From Acutalibacteraceae bacterium (GTDB lineage Bacteria > Bacillota > Clostridia > Oscillospirales > Acutalibacteraceae), in NCBI GenBank assembly GCA_045535295.1, contig JAZSLI010000014.1, forward strand, positions 55,613 through 119,612: 64,000 nt of DNA, written 5' to 3'. Position numbers and translations under genes: made by a program. The notes under the pieces are model-generated. The model was given only the letters and a program-made list of their open reading frames with translations, was not told the DNA's origin and ran no database searches. Positions 1 through 9,294 of this stretch are shown in pieces. Numbering within the stretch: the stretch's first letter is position 1; each line of letters starts with the position of its first letter.

Positions 1-115
1 AATTTATTATAACTTTTTCATGCTCCTCAGGTGTATTTTGATATTTAACTTTTCCACAAGAGCAAAAGTTAAATATCATTAAAAAAGAAATTAACACTAA
101 AAACATTCGTCTCAT
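1..115 (-). CDS. 5' end of a putative lipoprotein gene (partial; continues past window start)
   Basis: The reverse-strand ATG at 113-115 reads MRRMFLVLISFLMIFNFCSCGKVKYQ. It has a basic N-terminus, a hydrophobic core and a lipobox-like cysteine. It is too short to appear in the ORF track. Confidence 0.35.
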   Translation of the reverse strand, partial: MRRMFLVLISFLMIFNFCSCGKVKYQNTPEEHEKVIIN

Positions 116-382
116 TATATTATCACCAAATCCTATATTAACACACTCTTTTAATATTATCAAGGCAATTTAATTTATTTGGTTAGCTAAATTAAATAAA
201 TTTTCTTTTTAAAATTAGTGCAGTTTGTACATTGTGCGAAAATTTTATATAAAATATACTTTTTTTAGGTGGTGAATCAGCAACAAATATACATATATTT
301 TTCAACATTCATACAATACACATCTTTTTAGAAAATATATAATTAGATTAGTGTAAAGTATTTTTTCGGGAGGTTCTAACTT

Positions 383-1471
383 ATGAAATTTGGATATCCA
401 GGACATGAATTCACACTTGATGATAAGATTAAGTATTTTTGTGATTTCAACACCGATTTCAAAAGTGGAAAATTAGAAGAGGCAAGCGATGAATGGTATC
501 CATTACATTTTGCTATTCCAAATTCTGAAAATTATCTTGATGAGAATGTTAACGGTTGGGCGCTTAATGAAAATAATGTTACTGCAAAGGATAGTAAGTT
601 AATTCTTTGTGCTTCGGATGCAGAGTATATAGAATATGGCGGCAGAGAGTCGGTTTATAATGGTAGATACTATATGGGCTCTGAGGTTAGAAGTAAAACC
701 TTTTATAAATATGGTTATTTTGAGGCGAGAATGAAGATTAACTGCACATGTGGTGTTTGTCCTGCTTTTTGGCTTTTAGGAAGAGCAGATCATACAAAAG
801 CAGAATCGGTTTATTATGAAATAGATATATTTGAATGCTTTGCACCACAAAACTATCAGCTTCAAACAAGTGCTTTAAAGCATGTTGAAAGGTTTATTGA
901 AGATGAGAAGGGTGAGTTTATTTTTTCTAAAGAAGCGGGAAGATTTGTTGAACTGCGCCTTGATGCTAATAAAGATATTACGAAGGACGAAAATGGCAAG
1001 ATTCTTGCAAAGAACGATAAGTATTATACCTTCAATGGTAAGAGATATCTGTGCAAGCATGATACTTATAACGGATTTAACACAAAGCAGTTTTCTCCAC
1101 AAAATTGGGAATATTTCACTGATGAGCAGAACACTTATTTTTCAGGCTTCGCAGGTGATGGTAAGTATCATACCTATGCACTTGAATGGACCGATAGCTA
1201 TGTAATGTGGATTTACGATGGTATCCCCGTTGTTAAATATAATTATAAAGCGGTTGATGCATCGGTTGGAAATCACAACGAATATATTTGCGATAAAGAG
1301 ATGAACATTATTTTTACTTGTTATTCGGGTAGAAATGTTAATGGTATAACAGGTGTGCCCACTAAATGTGATTGCCAAGGCGATGTTTGCACTAAGGGGC
1401 CTGCTATTCACACCGATTGGGAAAATAATGCTTCATTAGAGGTTGATTATATAGTTGTCAGAGAAATCTGA
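383..1471 (+). CDS. Glycoside hydrolase family 16 (beta-glucanase/laminarinase-like) without a signal peptide
   Basis: The GH16 catalytic signature E-I-D-I-F-E is present, preceded by GVCPAFWLLG. GGGAGG lies 9 nt upstream of the ATG. The protein is a clear paralogue of the C-terminal domain of the next ORF. No hydrophobic N-terminal leader is present. Confidence 0.8.
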   Translation: MKFGYPGHEFTLDDKIKYFCDFNTDFKSGKLEEASDEWYPLHFAIPNSENYLDENVNGWALNENNVTAKDSKLILCASDAEYIEYGGRESVYNGRYYMGSEVRSKTFYKYGYFEARMKINCTCGVCPAFWLLGRADHTKAESVYYEIDIFECFAPQNYQLQTSALKHVERFIEDEKGEFIFSKEAGRFVELRLDANKDITKDENGKILAKNDKYYTFNGKRYLCKHDTYNGFNTKQFSPQNWEYFTDEQNTYFSGFAGDGKYHTYALEWTDSYVMWIYDGIPVVKYNYKAVDASVGNHNEYICDKEMNIIFTCYSGRNVNGITGVPTKCDCQGDVCTKGPAIHTDWENNASLEVDYIVVREI

Positions 1472-1512
1472 TAGATATATAAATAAATATTTTTTATTGG
1501 AGGTATGAATTT

Positions 1513-4500
1513 ATGTTAAAAAACCAAAAGGCATGGAAAAAGGCGCTGGCGTTGTTATGCGTTATGGCATTAATGCTAACAGCAGTTTTAAGTGTGCCTT
1601 TCTCCGTAATGGCAGAAGAGGTGGTTGAAGAGGAAATCACCCACATCACAGAGCCATTAAAAGAGTTTGAAATCATTGATGAGGAGGATTATTCTGATGC
1701 TACGGACGTTGAAACACCGTGGTATGTAAGAGAATCAAGCTGTGATTTCCTTCCCGTAACCATTCCTTCCGAAATAGATACCCAAAACTTCGGTAAGGCA
1801 ATGAAATATAAGGCTTGGTGGTACGGTACTGGCGCTATTTATTTAGGTCATGACTATACTACGATTTCTCAGGCAAGCGTTTACGGAAATTCTATTGAGG
1901 TAGAGCCGGGAACCGAGTATATGGTTGAATTTGATTATTATCTCGATGCGCCTGTGGATTCAGAATCTACATTTAAATTGTACTTAACTGCAGGTCAAAC
2001 GGCTAGCGAAACAATAATTTCCGCCGATACTAACAACGGTGTTTTAATTAAGAGCCATGCTGCTGCAACTATTCCTGAAGAAGCAGGTTCTTGGCAGAAA
2101 GTCACTCAAACTATAGTTTTCCCTGAAGATTATGATACAACCGCATATCCTTATCTTATGCTTTATGTAACAGGCGGCCATCAGCATACAATTTATGTTG
2201 ATAACGTTAAGGTTTCAAAAGCATGTGATATGATAAGAGACTATGTAACTGAACTTGAAATTTTTGAGGAAAATTATTCTAATGCTGATACGAATGGCGT
2301 AACGCCGGGACATTTAAACTTATCAAGCTGTGATTTTGTTCCCGTAACTATTCCTTCCGAAATAGATACTCAGAATTTCGGAAAGGCAATGAAATACAAA
2401 GCTTCGTGGTACGGTAATGGCGCTATTTATTTAGGACATAACTATGCTACACTTTCACAGGCTAATGTTTATCAGAATTCAGTTGCAGTTGAAAAGGGCG
2501 CAACATATAATATTGAATTTGATTATTATATTGAAGCAAATGAAGCAGCTAATACTAATATTATGTTTTGTTTCACTGCTGGTAAAACGGATAGTGTCGG
2601 AAGCGTTTCTGCTGATACCACAAACGGCATTATAATTGAAAGCTATTCCAAAGGTGAAACACCCACAGATGCAGGTACTTGGCAGCATGTAACTAAATTT
2701 ATAACCTTTGATGCCAACTATAACACAACTGCATATCCTTATCTTATGCTTTATGCTCGAGGCGAGTATCACGCATTTTATGTTGATAACGTTAAGGTTT
2801 CGAAGATGGATAAAACCACCGAAGCTGTAATGAGTGATAACGATTATTCAAATGCAAAAACAGAAGGCGATCATCCTTGGGTATTCTATAATGTTTCAAG
2901 AGATTTTTATCCTGCTATTAACCCATTTGATGTTTCCAACACTGTTATGTATGCTATAAAGTCAACATCGGATTATTCTCCAATAGTTCTCGGCGCAGAT
3001 TATGCAAGTAGTAATGTAAAGGATTCTGAGGATGTTATAAGGGTTGTTGCTGGTGAAAAATATAGAATAAGATTTGATTATTATATTCCTGAAAACTTTA
3101 AATCAAGTAAGGTTTCTATCGGCGTTTCCACAATGGGAGATAAATTTATAGAAAAGAAAGCAGCAACCGAGACTGAGCGTGCAACCGAAACAGCTCAAAG
3201 ATATGAAATAATGTCTTTCACAGCAGGCGAGGGCGCAACAAACGGTTGGGTTTCTAAGGCTGCAGACATTGAAATCTCCGCAGAGGACGCACTTGATGTT
3301 GGTAACAAGCTTGTATTGTATGTTGCTTGGGGTTCAAATTCAGATAAGATTTATATTGATAATATTGAGGTAACAAGAGTTATAGATACTCAGGTTATCG
3401 GAAATTTCCGCGATAATATTGTTGCAACAAATGATGTTGAAGATGCTGTTACATACGGAGATATGTGGGGCACTGCCAGTCGTTTTAATGATGCCTTCCC
3501 TGCGGTTGACCCAACAAATGCAGAAAATAAGGTTATGCGTTATTACCAAAACACCGGTTGTGGTATTATTCCTTTAACATCGGGAACATACACATATGCA
3601 CAGCTTATTAATTCAGGTCTTGTTACTCCTGTAGCTGGTGTATCGTATTTAGTTGAGTTTGATTATATGTTCCATGGCACACCTGATGCTAATATGAATC
3701 TTTCTATTGTTACAATTCCTAGCTTGGATACATATTATAACTTTAATTGTGCTGCAAATATAAAGGATGAGAAAATCTTTATCACTTGGGAAAAGGGTGA
3801 AACGGTTGATACTTATGAATGGAATAGGGCACAATTTATATACACAGTTCCTGCCAATATCCAAATAGCAGAGCTTGACCGTATGGCAATATTGCTTAAA
3901 AATGGCGGTAATGCTTCACGTCAAAGCACATATATTGATAACCTCAAGGTGACCGCTTTAGCGCCTGTTAATGTTGAATTTAATATTGATGGCACAACCG
4001 AAACTGCATATTACAGCGATGGTAATATCCCTGCTGATAAATACACCGCAAAGGCAGATGGCACAGCTCCTATCTGGTTCATAGATAGTGCAATGAAGAA
4101 TCCAATAAACCTTAATAGATTTGATTCTGATGTTTTAACAGTTCTTTCACTTTACGGTGTTTATGAGGATGCAACCACGGCTATGGTTATCGGTGACGTT
4201 GAAGGTGACAATGTGGTTAACGCAGCAGATATTGCAAAGATGAAGCAGTATTTCTTAGGCGCAGCTGAGCTTACCTCTCAAATGAGAGCTGATGTTAACG
4301 ATGATAACCTTGTAACACTTAAAGACCTCGTTAAGCTTAAATATGCAGTAGCTGATGCTTATGTTGAAGACTTTAATATCGGAGGTAGTGCGCTTTCCGA
4401 TTTCGCACTTGTTACACCTGATACATTTGACGGTATCTATACAGTTGATATCGAGGCATATTTAAGTGAAAACTTTGCAAATAATATAGAAGGCGATGCT

Positions 4501-5808
4501 CAAATTATTATCGGCAATGCTGATGATTATAGCAAGGCTATGAACCTAACTGAAAATGAATATGAAATTGAAGTTGTTGGCAACAAGCTTTACATTAATG
4601 GCGGAAGCGCTAATGCTTTAAAGGCAGCTCTTAAAACCTTTGAAGGTTATATTAAGAATGGCGCAAGCTTAGAAGAGGGTTGTGTTATAAGTTTCACATA
4701 TCATGGCGATGAGCTTGAGCTCGACTTTAAAAAAAAAATAGCATATTTTGAAAATTTTGACACGGATTTTGCAGCCGGTACAATGACTTCAATATACTCA
4801 GATTGGTCGGTTCAAACCTTCGGTATTCCGGTTGATACATCCGCAGGCGGAAAATACGACTATGAAGATGATACTGTAAACGGTTGGGGCTTTGAAGCGA
4901 CAAATGTTTCTGCTTCAAATGGCGTTTTAACTCTTGATGCCACCGATGCGGTTCATCGCGAATATAGTGGAAATGAGTCTGTTTATAATGGAAAATATTA
5001 TATGGGCTCAGAGGTAAGAAGCAAGACATATTACACCTATGGCTATTTTGAAGCAAGAATGAGAATTAATGCAAGTAAAGGTGTTTGCCCAGCTTTTTGG
5101 CTCTTAGGAAAGGCTGATTTAACACAACAAAAATCAGTGTATTATGAAATTGATATTTTCGAGTGCTTTGCAGCGAGGGATTATCAGATTCAAACAAGCG
5201 CTTTAAAGCATGTTGAAGAATTTAATGAAGATCCTAATGGCGACTATATTTTCTCGAATGCAGGTATTTATAAGGAGCTTTATAAGAACGAAGACGGTTC
5301 CTTTGTCCTGAAAGAAGAAGATGATATTAGCTATGCGCTTGCGAAGGATGGCGAGTGGTATTCACTAAATGAAAAACGATATAAAAGAGTACATAAAGTC
5401 TATAGCGGATTCAATACAAACCAATTCGATTCTTCAAATTGGGAATATTTAACCGAACCAGATGTGCACACTTATTTCTCAGGCTTCGCAGGTGACGGTG
5501 AGTTCCATACCTATGCGCTTGAGTGGACAGAGGATTATGTTATGTGGATATTTGATGGTATTCCGCTTGTTAAATATAATTTCTTTGACGCTGATGATTT
5601 AACGGATACGACACAGTCCTATCGTTGCGATAAGGAAATGAATATCTACTTTACTTGTTATTCAGGTCAGCCTATTAACGGAGATGCCACCGGTCTTCCA
5701 ACCAATTGTACCTGTGAGGGTGATACCTGTACCGCAGGATCTAGCGTTCATACCGATTGGGAGAACAATAGCTCTCTTGAAGTGGATTACATAGTTGTTT
5801 ATCAATGA
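1513..5808 (+). CDS. Secreted multimodular glycosidase: signal peptide, four CBM-like modules, internal dockerin, linker domain, C-terminal GH16 domain
   Basis: The N-terminus has a signal peptide (KKALALLCVMALMLTAVLSVPFSVMA). Four modules each end in Y-[VI]-D-N-[VIL]-[KE]-V-[ST]. A duplicated Ca-binding dockerin motif follows. The C-terminus carries EIDIFE and GVCPAFWLLG as in GH16. Confidence 0.85.
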   Translation: MLKNQKAWKKALALLCVMALMLTAVLSVPFSVMAEEVVEEEITHITEPLKEFEIIDEEDYSDATDVETPWYVRESSCDFLPVTIPSEIDTQNFGKAMKYKAWWYGTGAIYLGHDYTTISQASVYGNSIEVEPGTEYMVEFDYYLDAPVDSESTFKLYLTAGQTASETIISADTNNGVLIKSHAAATIPEEAGSWQKVTQTIVFPEDYDTTAYPYLMLYVTGGHQHTIYVDNVKVSKACDMIRDYVTELEIFEENYSNADTNGVTPGHLNLSSCDFVPVTIPSEIDTQNFGKAMKYKASWYGNGAIYLGHNYATLSQANVYQNSVAVEKGATYNIEFDYYIEANEAANTNIMFCFTAGKTDSVGSVSADTTNGIIIESYSKGETPTDAGTWQHVTKFITFDANYNTTAYPYLMLYARGEYHAFYVDNVKVSKMDKTTEAVMSDNDYSNAKTEGDHPWVFYNVSRDFYPAINPFDVSNTVMYAIKSTSDYSPIVLGADYASSNVKDSEDVIRVVAGEKYRIRFDYYIPENFKSSKVSIGVSTMGDKFIEKKAATETERATETAQRYEIMSFTAGEGATNGWVSKAADIEISAEDALDVGNKLVLYVAWGSNSDKIYIDNIEVTRVIDTQVIGNFRDNIVATNDVEDAVTYGDMWGTASRFNDAFPAVDPTNAENKVMRYYQNTGCGIIPLTSGTYTYAQLINSGLVTPVAGVSYLVEFDYMFHGTPDANMNLSIVTIPSLDTYYNFNCAANIKDEKIFITWEKGETVDTYEWNRAQFIYTVPANIQIAELDRMAILLKNGGNASRQSTYIDNLKVTALAPVNVEFNIDGTTETAYYSDGNIPADKYTAKADGTAPIWFIDSAMKNPINLNRFDSDVLTVLSLYGVYEDATTAMVIGDVEGDNVVNAADIAKMKQYFLGAAELTSQMRADVNDDNLVTLKDLVKLKYAVADAYVEDFNIGGSALSDFALVTPDTFDGIYTVDIEAYLSENFANNIEGDAQIIIGNADDYSKAMNLTENEYEIEVVGNKLYINGGSANALKAALKTFEGYIKNGASLEEGCVISFTYHGDELELDFKKKIAYFENFDTDFAAGTMTSIYSDWSVQTFGIPVDTSAGGKYDYEDDTVNGWGFEATNVSASNGVLTLDATDAVHREYSGNESVYNGKYYMGSEVRSKTYYTYGYFEARMRINASKGVCPAFWLLGKADLTQQKSVYYEIDIFECFAARDYQIQTSALKHVEEFNEDPNGDYIFSNAGIYKELYKNEDGSFVLKEEDDISYALAKDGEWYSLNEKRYKRVHKVYSGFNTNQFDSSNWEYLTEPDVHTYFSGFAGDGEFHTYALEWTEDYVMWIFDGIPLVKYNFFDADDLTDTTQSYRCDKEMNIYFTCYSGQPINGDATGLPTNCTCEGDTCTAGSSVHTDWENNSSLEVDYIVVYQ
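1634..3960 (+). repeat. Four tandem ~590-nt coding modules (putative carbohydrate-binding modules); modules 1 and 2 are near-duplicates
   Basis: Module 1 (1634-2223) and module 2 (2224-2808) share long identical peptide runs, such as SSCDF[LV]PVTIPSEIDTQNFGKAMKYKA and TTAYPYLMLY. Modules 3 and 4 are diverged but keep the FDYY and YIDN-x-V motifs. Confidence 0.8.
4186..4356 (+). other. Dockerin module (two F-hand Ca-binding repeats) internal to the 1431-aa protein
   Basis: The first repeat is GDVEGDNVVNAADIAKMKQYFLG and the second is ADVNDDNLVTLKDLVKLKYAV. This is the classical duplicated dockerin pattern. Confidence 0.7.
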
Positions 5809-5815
5809 TATTTAT

Positions 5816-5854
5816 CGCTCAACCTTGAAAAAGGTTGAGCGATTCTTTTCTTTT
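5816..5854 (+). terminator. Rho-independent terminator after the GH16 operon
   Basis: An 11-bp stem (cgctcaacctt / aaggttgagcg) has a GAAA loop and is followed by a T-rich run. Confidence 0.8.
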
Positions 5855-5869
5855 AAAAACACTTTAAAA

Positions 5870-5898
5870 GCTCAGGCAGAAATGCCTGAGCTTTTGTT
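5870..5898 (+). terminator. Second tandem rho-independent terminator
   Basis: The stem is gctcaggca / tgcctgagc with a GAAA loop, followed by TTTTGTT. Confidence 0.7.
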
Positions 5899-5963
5899 AT
5901 ATGTAGAAAGTAGATTTATTTTTCAAAGGTAAAGTTTTTACCTATTTTTGTTTTAAATTATAA

Positions 5964-5992
5964 TTGAAGTCTTACTGTTTATGTGGTATACT
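5964..5992 (+). promoter_or_regulatory. Sigma-A type promoter for phoH operon (extended -10)
   Basis: TTGAAG is followed by a 17-nt spacer containing TGG immediately before TATACT. Confidence 0.5.
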
Positions 5993-6031
5993 ATAATGGT
6001 AAAAATGTATGCTTGTTAGGAGATATTATAT

Positions 6032-7003
6032 TTGTTCGAACAAAGTTTGGATATTGAAAGAATCGAAGAGCTTGTTAATCTTTTTGGCAATTTTGATGAG
6101 AATATCAAGCGAATAGAAAAGCTATATAACGTAACTGTTACCTCACACGGTAGTCGTATTAAAATTAAGGGCGAGTGCGATAAGGTCTATTCTGCTGCAA
6201 GAACAATTGAAGGCTTAATTCATATTTTAAGCAAAGGTGAGCAGATAACTGACCAAAGCATTGATTATGTTGCTTCTTTGGTTAATGATGGCGAAGAGAG
6301 TAAAATCTCTGCAATCGCCGATGCTGACTGTATTTGCGTAACCGCTAAGGGCAAGCCTGTTAAGGCTAAAACCTATGGACAAAAGCAATATGTTGAGGCA
6401 ATAAAGAGCAACACGATTACCATTGGTGTTGGCCCTGCGGGTACGGGTAAAACCTATCTTGCGGTGGCGTTAGCGGTTAATGCTTTCAGAGCAAAAGAGG
6501 TTAATAGGATTATTTTAACTCGTCCTGCTGTTGAGGCGGGTGAAAAGCTTGGCTTTTTGCCGGGCGATTTGCAACAAAAGGTTGACCCTTATCTTAGACC
6601 TTTATATGATGCCCTTTTTGAAATGCTTGGTGCTGAGAATTTTGCGAGGTGTCAGGAAAGGGGAGATATTGAGGTTGCCCCGCTTGCTTATATGAGGGGC
6701 AGAACGTTGGACGATAGCTTTATTATTCTCGATGAGGCTCAAAATACAACAAGCGAACAAATGAAAATGTTTTTAACAAGATTAGGCTTTAATTCCAAGG
6801 CTGTTGTTACGGGAGATATCACCCAAATAGACCTGCCGGATGGTAAAAAATCGGGTCTTAAAGATGCAGTTAGGATATTAAAAAATATTGATGACATTGC
6901 AATTTCTAAGCTTACGGGCAAGGATGTTGTTCGTCACCGATTAGTTAGTGAAATTATCAAGGCGTATGAAAGAAGTGCAGAAAAAAATGAGCGTAAAGGT
7001 TAA
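6032..7003 (+). CDS. phoH: PhoH-like ATPase
   Basis: The Walker A motif GPAGTGKTY is present, along with the conserved GFLPGDLQQKVDPYLRPLYDAL and IILDEAQNTT blocks. The start is TTG with AGGAG upstream. Confidence 0.9.
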   Translation: MFEQSLDIERIEELVNLFGNFDENIKRIEKLYNVTVTSHGSRIKIKGECDKVYSAARTIEGLIHILSKGEQITDQSIDYVASLVNDGEESKISAIADADCICVTAKGKPVKAKTYGQKQYVEAIKSNTITIGVGPAGTGKTYLAVALAVNAFRAKEVNRIILTRPAVEAGEKLGFLPGDLQQKVDPYLRPLYDALFEMLGAENFARCQERGDIEVAPLAYMRGRTLDDSFIILDEAQNTTSEQMKMFLTRLGFNSKAVVTGDITQIDLPDGKKSGLKDAVRILKNIDDIAISKLTGKDVVRHRLVSEIIKAYERSAEKNERKG

Positions 7004-7469
7004 TATTAATTCAAAACAAAAGGAAATTAAAATCCCAACAGGAACAAGGCTTTTAATAAGAAAGGCTTGCAATGCAACCTTAAATTTTGAGAATTTTGAG
7101 GATTCGGCTGAGGTTGATGTTACTTTGGTTAATGATGAACAAATAAAAGAGATGAATTTTAAATTTAGAAATATCGATTCTTCTACCGATGTTTTGTCCT
7201 TTCCGTTAGGAGAGAACGGCGTTTTTGATATTAACCCCGAAACAAAGGCTAAAATGCTGGGTGATATTGTTATTTCGATCGAGCACGCAGTTGCGCAAGC
7301 CGAGCTCTATGGGCATTCACTCGAAAGAGAGGTAGCATTTTTAACAGTTCATTCAATGCTACACCTATTGGGCTATGACCATGTAAACGGCGGTTTAGAG
7401 CAAACCATTATGAGAGAAAAGGAAGAGGCAGTTTTAGATGCTTTAGGCTTAGCCATTAACAAGGTGTAG
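6987..7469 (+). CDS. ybeY: rRNA maturation endoribonuclease YbeY
   Basis: The metal-binding motif HSMLHLLGYDH is present. I prefer the internal ATG at 6987 (MSVKVNI) over the ORF-track start at 6948, which overlaps phoH. Confidence 0.9.
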   Translation: MSVKVNINSKQKEIKIPTGTRLLIRKACNATLNFENFEDSAEVDVTLVNDEQIKEMNFKFRNIDSSTDVLSFPLGENGVFDINPETKAKMLGDIVISIEHAVAQAELYGHSLEREVAFLTVHSMLHLLGYDHVNGGLEQTIMREKEEAVLDALGLAINKV

Positions 7470-7473
7470 GATT

Positions 7474-8388
7474 ATGAAGGAAAAATCAGCATTTATTGCA
7501 ATTATTGGCAGGCCAAATGTTGGCAAATCCTCGCTTATGAACAGGGTCTTAGGACAAAAGGTTGCTATTGTTTCTAATAAACCGCAAACAACCAGAACAA
7601 AGATTATGGGCGTTTATACCAAGAATGAAACACAGCTTGTTTTTATTGACACTCCCGGTTTCCATAAACCAAAAAATCAGCTCGATAAAAATATGAATAA
7701 GGCAATAAGCGATGGTATGACCGATGTTGAAGCTGTAATCTTAGTGGTTGAGGCGGTTTCAAAATTTAAATTAGAGGAAATTCCCGCTGCTGAAATCGAG
7801 CTTATAAAACAGCTTAAAAAGCGTTCCTTAAAAGCAATTCTTGTTATAAATAAAATTGACCTTTTAGAGAAAAAAGAGGATTTACTTTCCTTAATTTTAA
7901 AATATAATTCCGAGTTTTCGTTTGATGCAGTTATACCTTTATCGGCAAAAAGCGGGGATGGCGTTGATATCATGCTGACCGAGCTTGAAAAATATGCCAA
8001 GCCATCACCCCATTATTTTGCAAGCGATGATATAACTGACCAACCCGAAAAGGTTATGGTTGCCGAAATGATTAGAGAAAAGCTACTTAGAACGCTTGAT
8101 GACGAGGTTCCGCACGGTGTTGCGGTTGATCTGGAAAGATTTGTTGAGAGGGATACGGTAAGCGGCGAGCCTATTGTTGAAATTGAGGCAACTATTATTT
8201 GCGAGAAGGAATCACATAAGGGAATTATTATTGGTAAAGGCGGCTCGGTGCTTAAAAAAATTGGTAGCCTTGCTCGAGGCGATATTGAGAAATTTTTCGG
8301 AATCAAGGCGAATTTAAAGCTTTGGGTTAAGGTTAAAGAGGATTGGCGAAATCGAGAAGGGCTTATTCGCACCTACGGACTTGACTAA
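7474..8388 (+). CDS. era: GTPase Era
   Basis: G1 is GRPNVGKSS, G3 is DTPG and G4 is NKID. There is a C-terminal KH domain, and the gene sits in phoH-ybeY-era-recO synteny. Confidence 0.95.
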   Translation: MKEKSAFIAIIGRPNVGKSSLMNRVLGQKVAIVSNKPQTTRTKIMGVYTKNETQLVFIDTPGFHKPKNQLDKNMNKAISDGMTDVEAVILVVEAVSKFKLEEIPAAEIELIKQLKKRSLKAILVINKIDLLEKKEDLLSLILKYNSEFSFDAVIPLSAKSGDGVDIMLTELEKYAKPSPHYFASDDITDQPEKVMVAEMIREKLLRTLDDEVPHGVAVDLERFVERDTVSGEPIVEIEATIICEKESHKGIIIGKGGSVLKKIGSLARGDIEKFFGIKANLKLWVKVKEDWRNREGLIRTYGLD

Positions 8389-8448
8389 TATTTCCTTTTA
8401 TATTTTAGGTTTTTAAACCAACACTAATTGTGTAAGGAAGTGTTTGGT

Positions 8449-8613
8449 TTGGAAAATGATAAAAATTGGATTAAGTTTATAAAAAGCGGCAAGGTTGCCG
8501 ATTATTTGGAATTTGTAAATTCCTGCAAGGAGAACAAAGTTAGTGAACGAGCTGCAAACACGCTTTACAACCGAGGGATTAGTAATAAAGGTGACAAATG
8601 TGGGGGAGAGTGA
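8449..8613 (+). CDS. Small YqzL-like protein (between era and recO)
   Basis: The peptide W-x-x-F-x-x-[ST]G-x-[VI]-x-x-YL-E-F pattern (NWIKFIKSGKVADYLEF) matches the small era-recO intergenic protein of Bacillus and Clostridia as I remember it. AAGGAAG lies 9 nt upstream of the TTG at 8449. The 3' end overlaps recO. Confidence 0.35.
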   Translation: MENDKNWIKFIKSGKVADYLEFVNSCKENKVSERAANTLYNRGISNKGDKCGGE

Positions 8614-9280
8614 CCGTTTGGTTACTCTATTTACCCGTGAATATGGCATAATTAAAGCATTTGCTTCGGGTGCTAAAAATATAAAATCAAAAAAAGGCGC
8701 TGCAACCTCGTTACTTACCTTTTCAAGCTTCACTATTTTACATAAAAAAGGAACAAATAGAATTTATGAGGCGGCTCCTATAGCACAGTTTTTCACAATG
8801 GGAAGCGATATTGAGGTTTTGTTTTTAACCCAGTATTTTTGCGAGCTTGCCCTTGTTTTTGGTATTGAAGAAACACCAAATCCTGAGCTTTTGAGAATAA
8901 TTTTAAATTCTTTACATTTTGTTACTAAGAAACAAAAAGACCTTAATCTTATTAAGGCAATAACCGAGCTTAGAATAGCATCAATTTGCGGATATAAGCC
9001 CGATTTAATTGCTTGCGAAAATTGTGCAAAATTTGAGGATAACACTATGTTTTTTGATATGAAAAACGGGTTTTTTAAATGTAGCGAATGTGCGAACAAT
9101 GAGGGTTATCCGCTTGATAGAACCTTAGTTTCGGCAATAAGGCATATTGTTTTTTCAGAATTCGAAAGGTTATATTCATTTGAAATTCCCGAAGCCTCTG
9201 CAAAGGCACTTTCTGTATTTACCGAAAAATATATAACACATCAAACCGATTATAAGTTTTCGGCTTTGAAATTTTTTTGA
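8543..9280 (+). CDS. recO: DNA repair protein RecO
   Basis: The N-terminal OB-fold pattern is present (EGLVIKVTNVGESDRLVTLFT). A Cys4 zinc motif (CENC...CSEC) is also present, and the gene lies downstream of era. Confidence 0.85.
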   Translation: MNELQTRFTTEGLVIKVTNVGESDRLVTLFTREYGIIKAFASGAKNIKSKKGAATSLLTFSSFTILHKKGTNRIYEAAPIAQFFTMGSDIEVLFLTQYFCELALVFGIEETPNPELLRIILNSLHFVTKKQKDLNLIKAITELRIASICGYKPDLIACENCAKFEDNTMFFDMKNGFFKCSECANNEGYPLDRTLVSAIRHIVFSEFERLYSFEIPEASAKALSVFTEKYITHQTDYKFSALKFF

Positions 9281-9294
9281 TTAGGAGTGAGGGT

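Noticed and set aside
1634-3960. Regularly repeated ~590-nt units, considered as a possible CRISPR or other non-coding repeat array.
   Set aside because: The units are far too long, lie in one continuous reading frame and diverge at the protein level. They are duplicated protein modules. I saw no short repeat-spacer array anywhere in the window.
8013-8372. Long antisense ORFs inside well-supported genes. Examples are 8013-8372 in era, 17386-17823 in the lipoprotein gene, 22949-23317, 26105-26482 in dnaX, 46694-46999 and 63163-63567 in mreB.
   Set aside because: Each lies opposite a gene with clear family motifs. Each has Ser/Leu/Ile-rich low-complexity sequence and no RBS. They are typical shadow frames.
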